28,567 bases of DNA, from the NCBI GenBank assembly GCA_050293845.1, contig JBNKNM010000053.1, positions 1 through 28,567 of the forward strand, written 5' to 3'. Of this stretch, positions 27,141 through 28,567 are shown one piece after another. Every line of letters starts with the position of its first letter. The first letter of the stretch is position 1. Source of the stretch: Pseudobacteriovorax sp. (lineage in GTDB: Bacteria > Bdellovibrionota_B > Oligoflexia > Oligoflexales > Oligoflexaceae). The position numbers and the translations under genes are program-made. The notes under the pieces are model-generated. The model did not search any database. It had not been told where the DNA came from and saw nothing but the letters and a program-made list of their open reading frames with translations.

Positions 27141-27160
27141 AGTGAAGGTTGATTATTCTA

Positions 27161-27534
27161 TTATCCCTCTGGACTTAATCGTGATCGAAACTCTTCTATT
27201 TTGGTATGATCTGGGCAATGCCAATTCTCTACGACAGAGAAGCCGCAAAATATCTGATAAGCAGCATTGTCTTTGACCTCCCACTCCGTTTGCCGATCGG
27301 TTTTGTTGAATAGGAGCTGGAGTAGGTATACTCCTAGGTGAATCCTTAGCTGAAGCTTTCGACCCAGCCACCATTTGCCCGTCGGTGTCTTTTTTAAATC
27401 TGGTAGAACTATGTCTGCTAAATCCGTCCAAGGGATAACTCTTGCTAGTCGGATTAGCGGATGATCGTTGGATGGTGTTAGCGAGATTACACAAGATTCG
27501 GTCTTGGTTTTAGACCTGTTTCGCAGATAATCAT
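27161..27534 (-). pseudogene. IS5-like transposase N-terminal fragment
   Basis: HPLI.LA..IPW, GRKL.LR.HLGVYLLQ....TDR..E....NA.YQ.FCG......PDHT.IE.FR.RL, then a stop. The likely start ATG 27534 (after AAGGTG) is out of frame with the body. Confidence 0.75.
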
Positions 27535-27563
27535 GCTGTTTCACCTTGGGGGAAAGTTTTATC

Positions 27564-27755
27564 ATGATACGACAAGTAAAAAATGAAAGAATTGAGGATA
27601 TTAAACAGGAACTCACTAAAATCACAAGGGAGTTTTGCTTATCCCGTATTGATCAAGAATATGCAGAACTTTGCGAACGGCTTATCGTGAGACTGTCCCA
27701 GCTAAAGCCAGCACCATTAGCAAGGGGAAAAACATACATTTGTGCTGCTTGCTGA
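27564..27755 (+). pseudogene. DUF6398-like protein, truncated
   Basis: T.EFC...ID.EYAELC..L...L....PAPL.RG.....AA pattern, followed by a premature stop. Confidence 0.6.
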
Positions 27756-28567
27756 AGTGCTTCACTATCCTTTATTTAGCGAGTCAAATGCGTATCGTAT
27801 ATGGATAAGAGGACGTTCTACGTATTGCTAGAAACTTTAAAAATGAAAGAGATAGTTATGATGTAGAAATGTTCTTTTAAAAATTGAGTGGTGTCTAACT
27901 TCTTTTCCGGATTTTTTTACCAAAAAAAAATTTACGAATTCCCAACCATAGGTGAAAAACTTTCCTAAGTAGCCCACTTTCATACCTTTCTTTATATAAA
28001 ACCAAAAAGAATTGTATCTGGAGATAGCCTTTTTGAGTTTTAAGTCATTGCAGAAATTTTCATCGATAGGTTGTTCGAGCCGGTAGTGATCTTAGAGTTG
28101 AATGATGAACCTAATGGGAGAAAGAAAAAAGTTGACCCCTTATTAAGAGACAGCTATGAAGATGTTAAGTCGTCGGCCACACTTTCTTGAGGGGGTCACA
28201 AAACTTGTTATATGGGGATTAGTTCTGAGATTGTCGAGCTCTTAGAAAATCTTTTGGGGAAAAATTAAGTTTCATTGTGTTTTAGAGTATAAAAAACATA
28301 ACGTATTAACTGGTATATATGTATGAAATGAGGATAATTTCAGTGAATTGACTAACCTTGAAAGGTAACCACCAACTTTCTTCTGCGAATGAGTGAAATT
28401 TATTTGTTTAAATTCACCGGATTATTGTTTTTTAATTCATTTCCGATTTAAAAGTTCTAGAAATCCATTTAAGATTCCATAATTCATAGAAAATAAAATA
28501 AATCTCAGAAAAATACAAAATAAATTTTCTTAGAATCCATTGTATAAAATTCTTATAAATTAAATCT

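Noticed and set aside
519..27494. Short antisense or overlapping track ORFs (e.g. 519-725, 1070-1270, 3710-3901, 4585-4848, 7809-8033, 8638-8958, 10807-11124, 13374-13742, 15401-16605, 17217-17600, 20258-20476, 22999-23274, 26453-26650, 27153-27494)
   Set aside because: Shadows of well-supported genes, with no RBS or recognisable motifs.
27756..28567. Replication origin
   Set aside because: No TTATCCACA-type DnaA boxes were seen, and no origin-linked genes are present.

Overview
Bacterial chromosomal window, AT-rich. The lipoprotein, vWA and receiver-TPR content suggests Oligoflexia/Bdellovibrionota, but that is inference only. It has three parts. (1) 1-6930 is an accessory island of decayed mobile DNA: the right end of an IS1111-type IS110 element whose non-coding seek/bridge RNA still matches its own target flank, an IS607 tnpA-tnpB relic split by an in-frame palindromic MITE, IS1634 and IS200/IS605 scraps, and a tyrosine recombinase cut off just before its catalytic Tyr. 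Cargo genes there are a lipoprotein fusing a Zn-PLC/Het-C-like domain to a MABP beta-prism, an orphan ParA-like ATPase, an ORF framed by inverted repeats and a Cys-rich PSI-like fragment. (2) 7300-22500 is mostly core or lineage-specific: two surface lipoproteins and a beta-barrel, rraA, hsp20, glutathione peroxidase, an atypical receiver-TPR protein and a lipoprotein on divergent sigma28-like promoters, ydiJ, a Nudix hydrolase, udk, a vWA lipoprotein and dcd. (3) 22800-28567 holds a dead IS6 with target duplication, an NrdR-box-controlled class III RNR (nrdG-nrdD), a TPP riboswitch with thiM, IS5-like and DUF6398 fragments and an AT-rich tail. No tRNA, rRNA or CRISPR array was seen. All family assignments are from motif recognition by eye; no searches were run.
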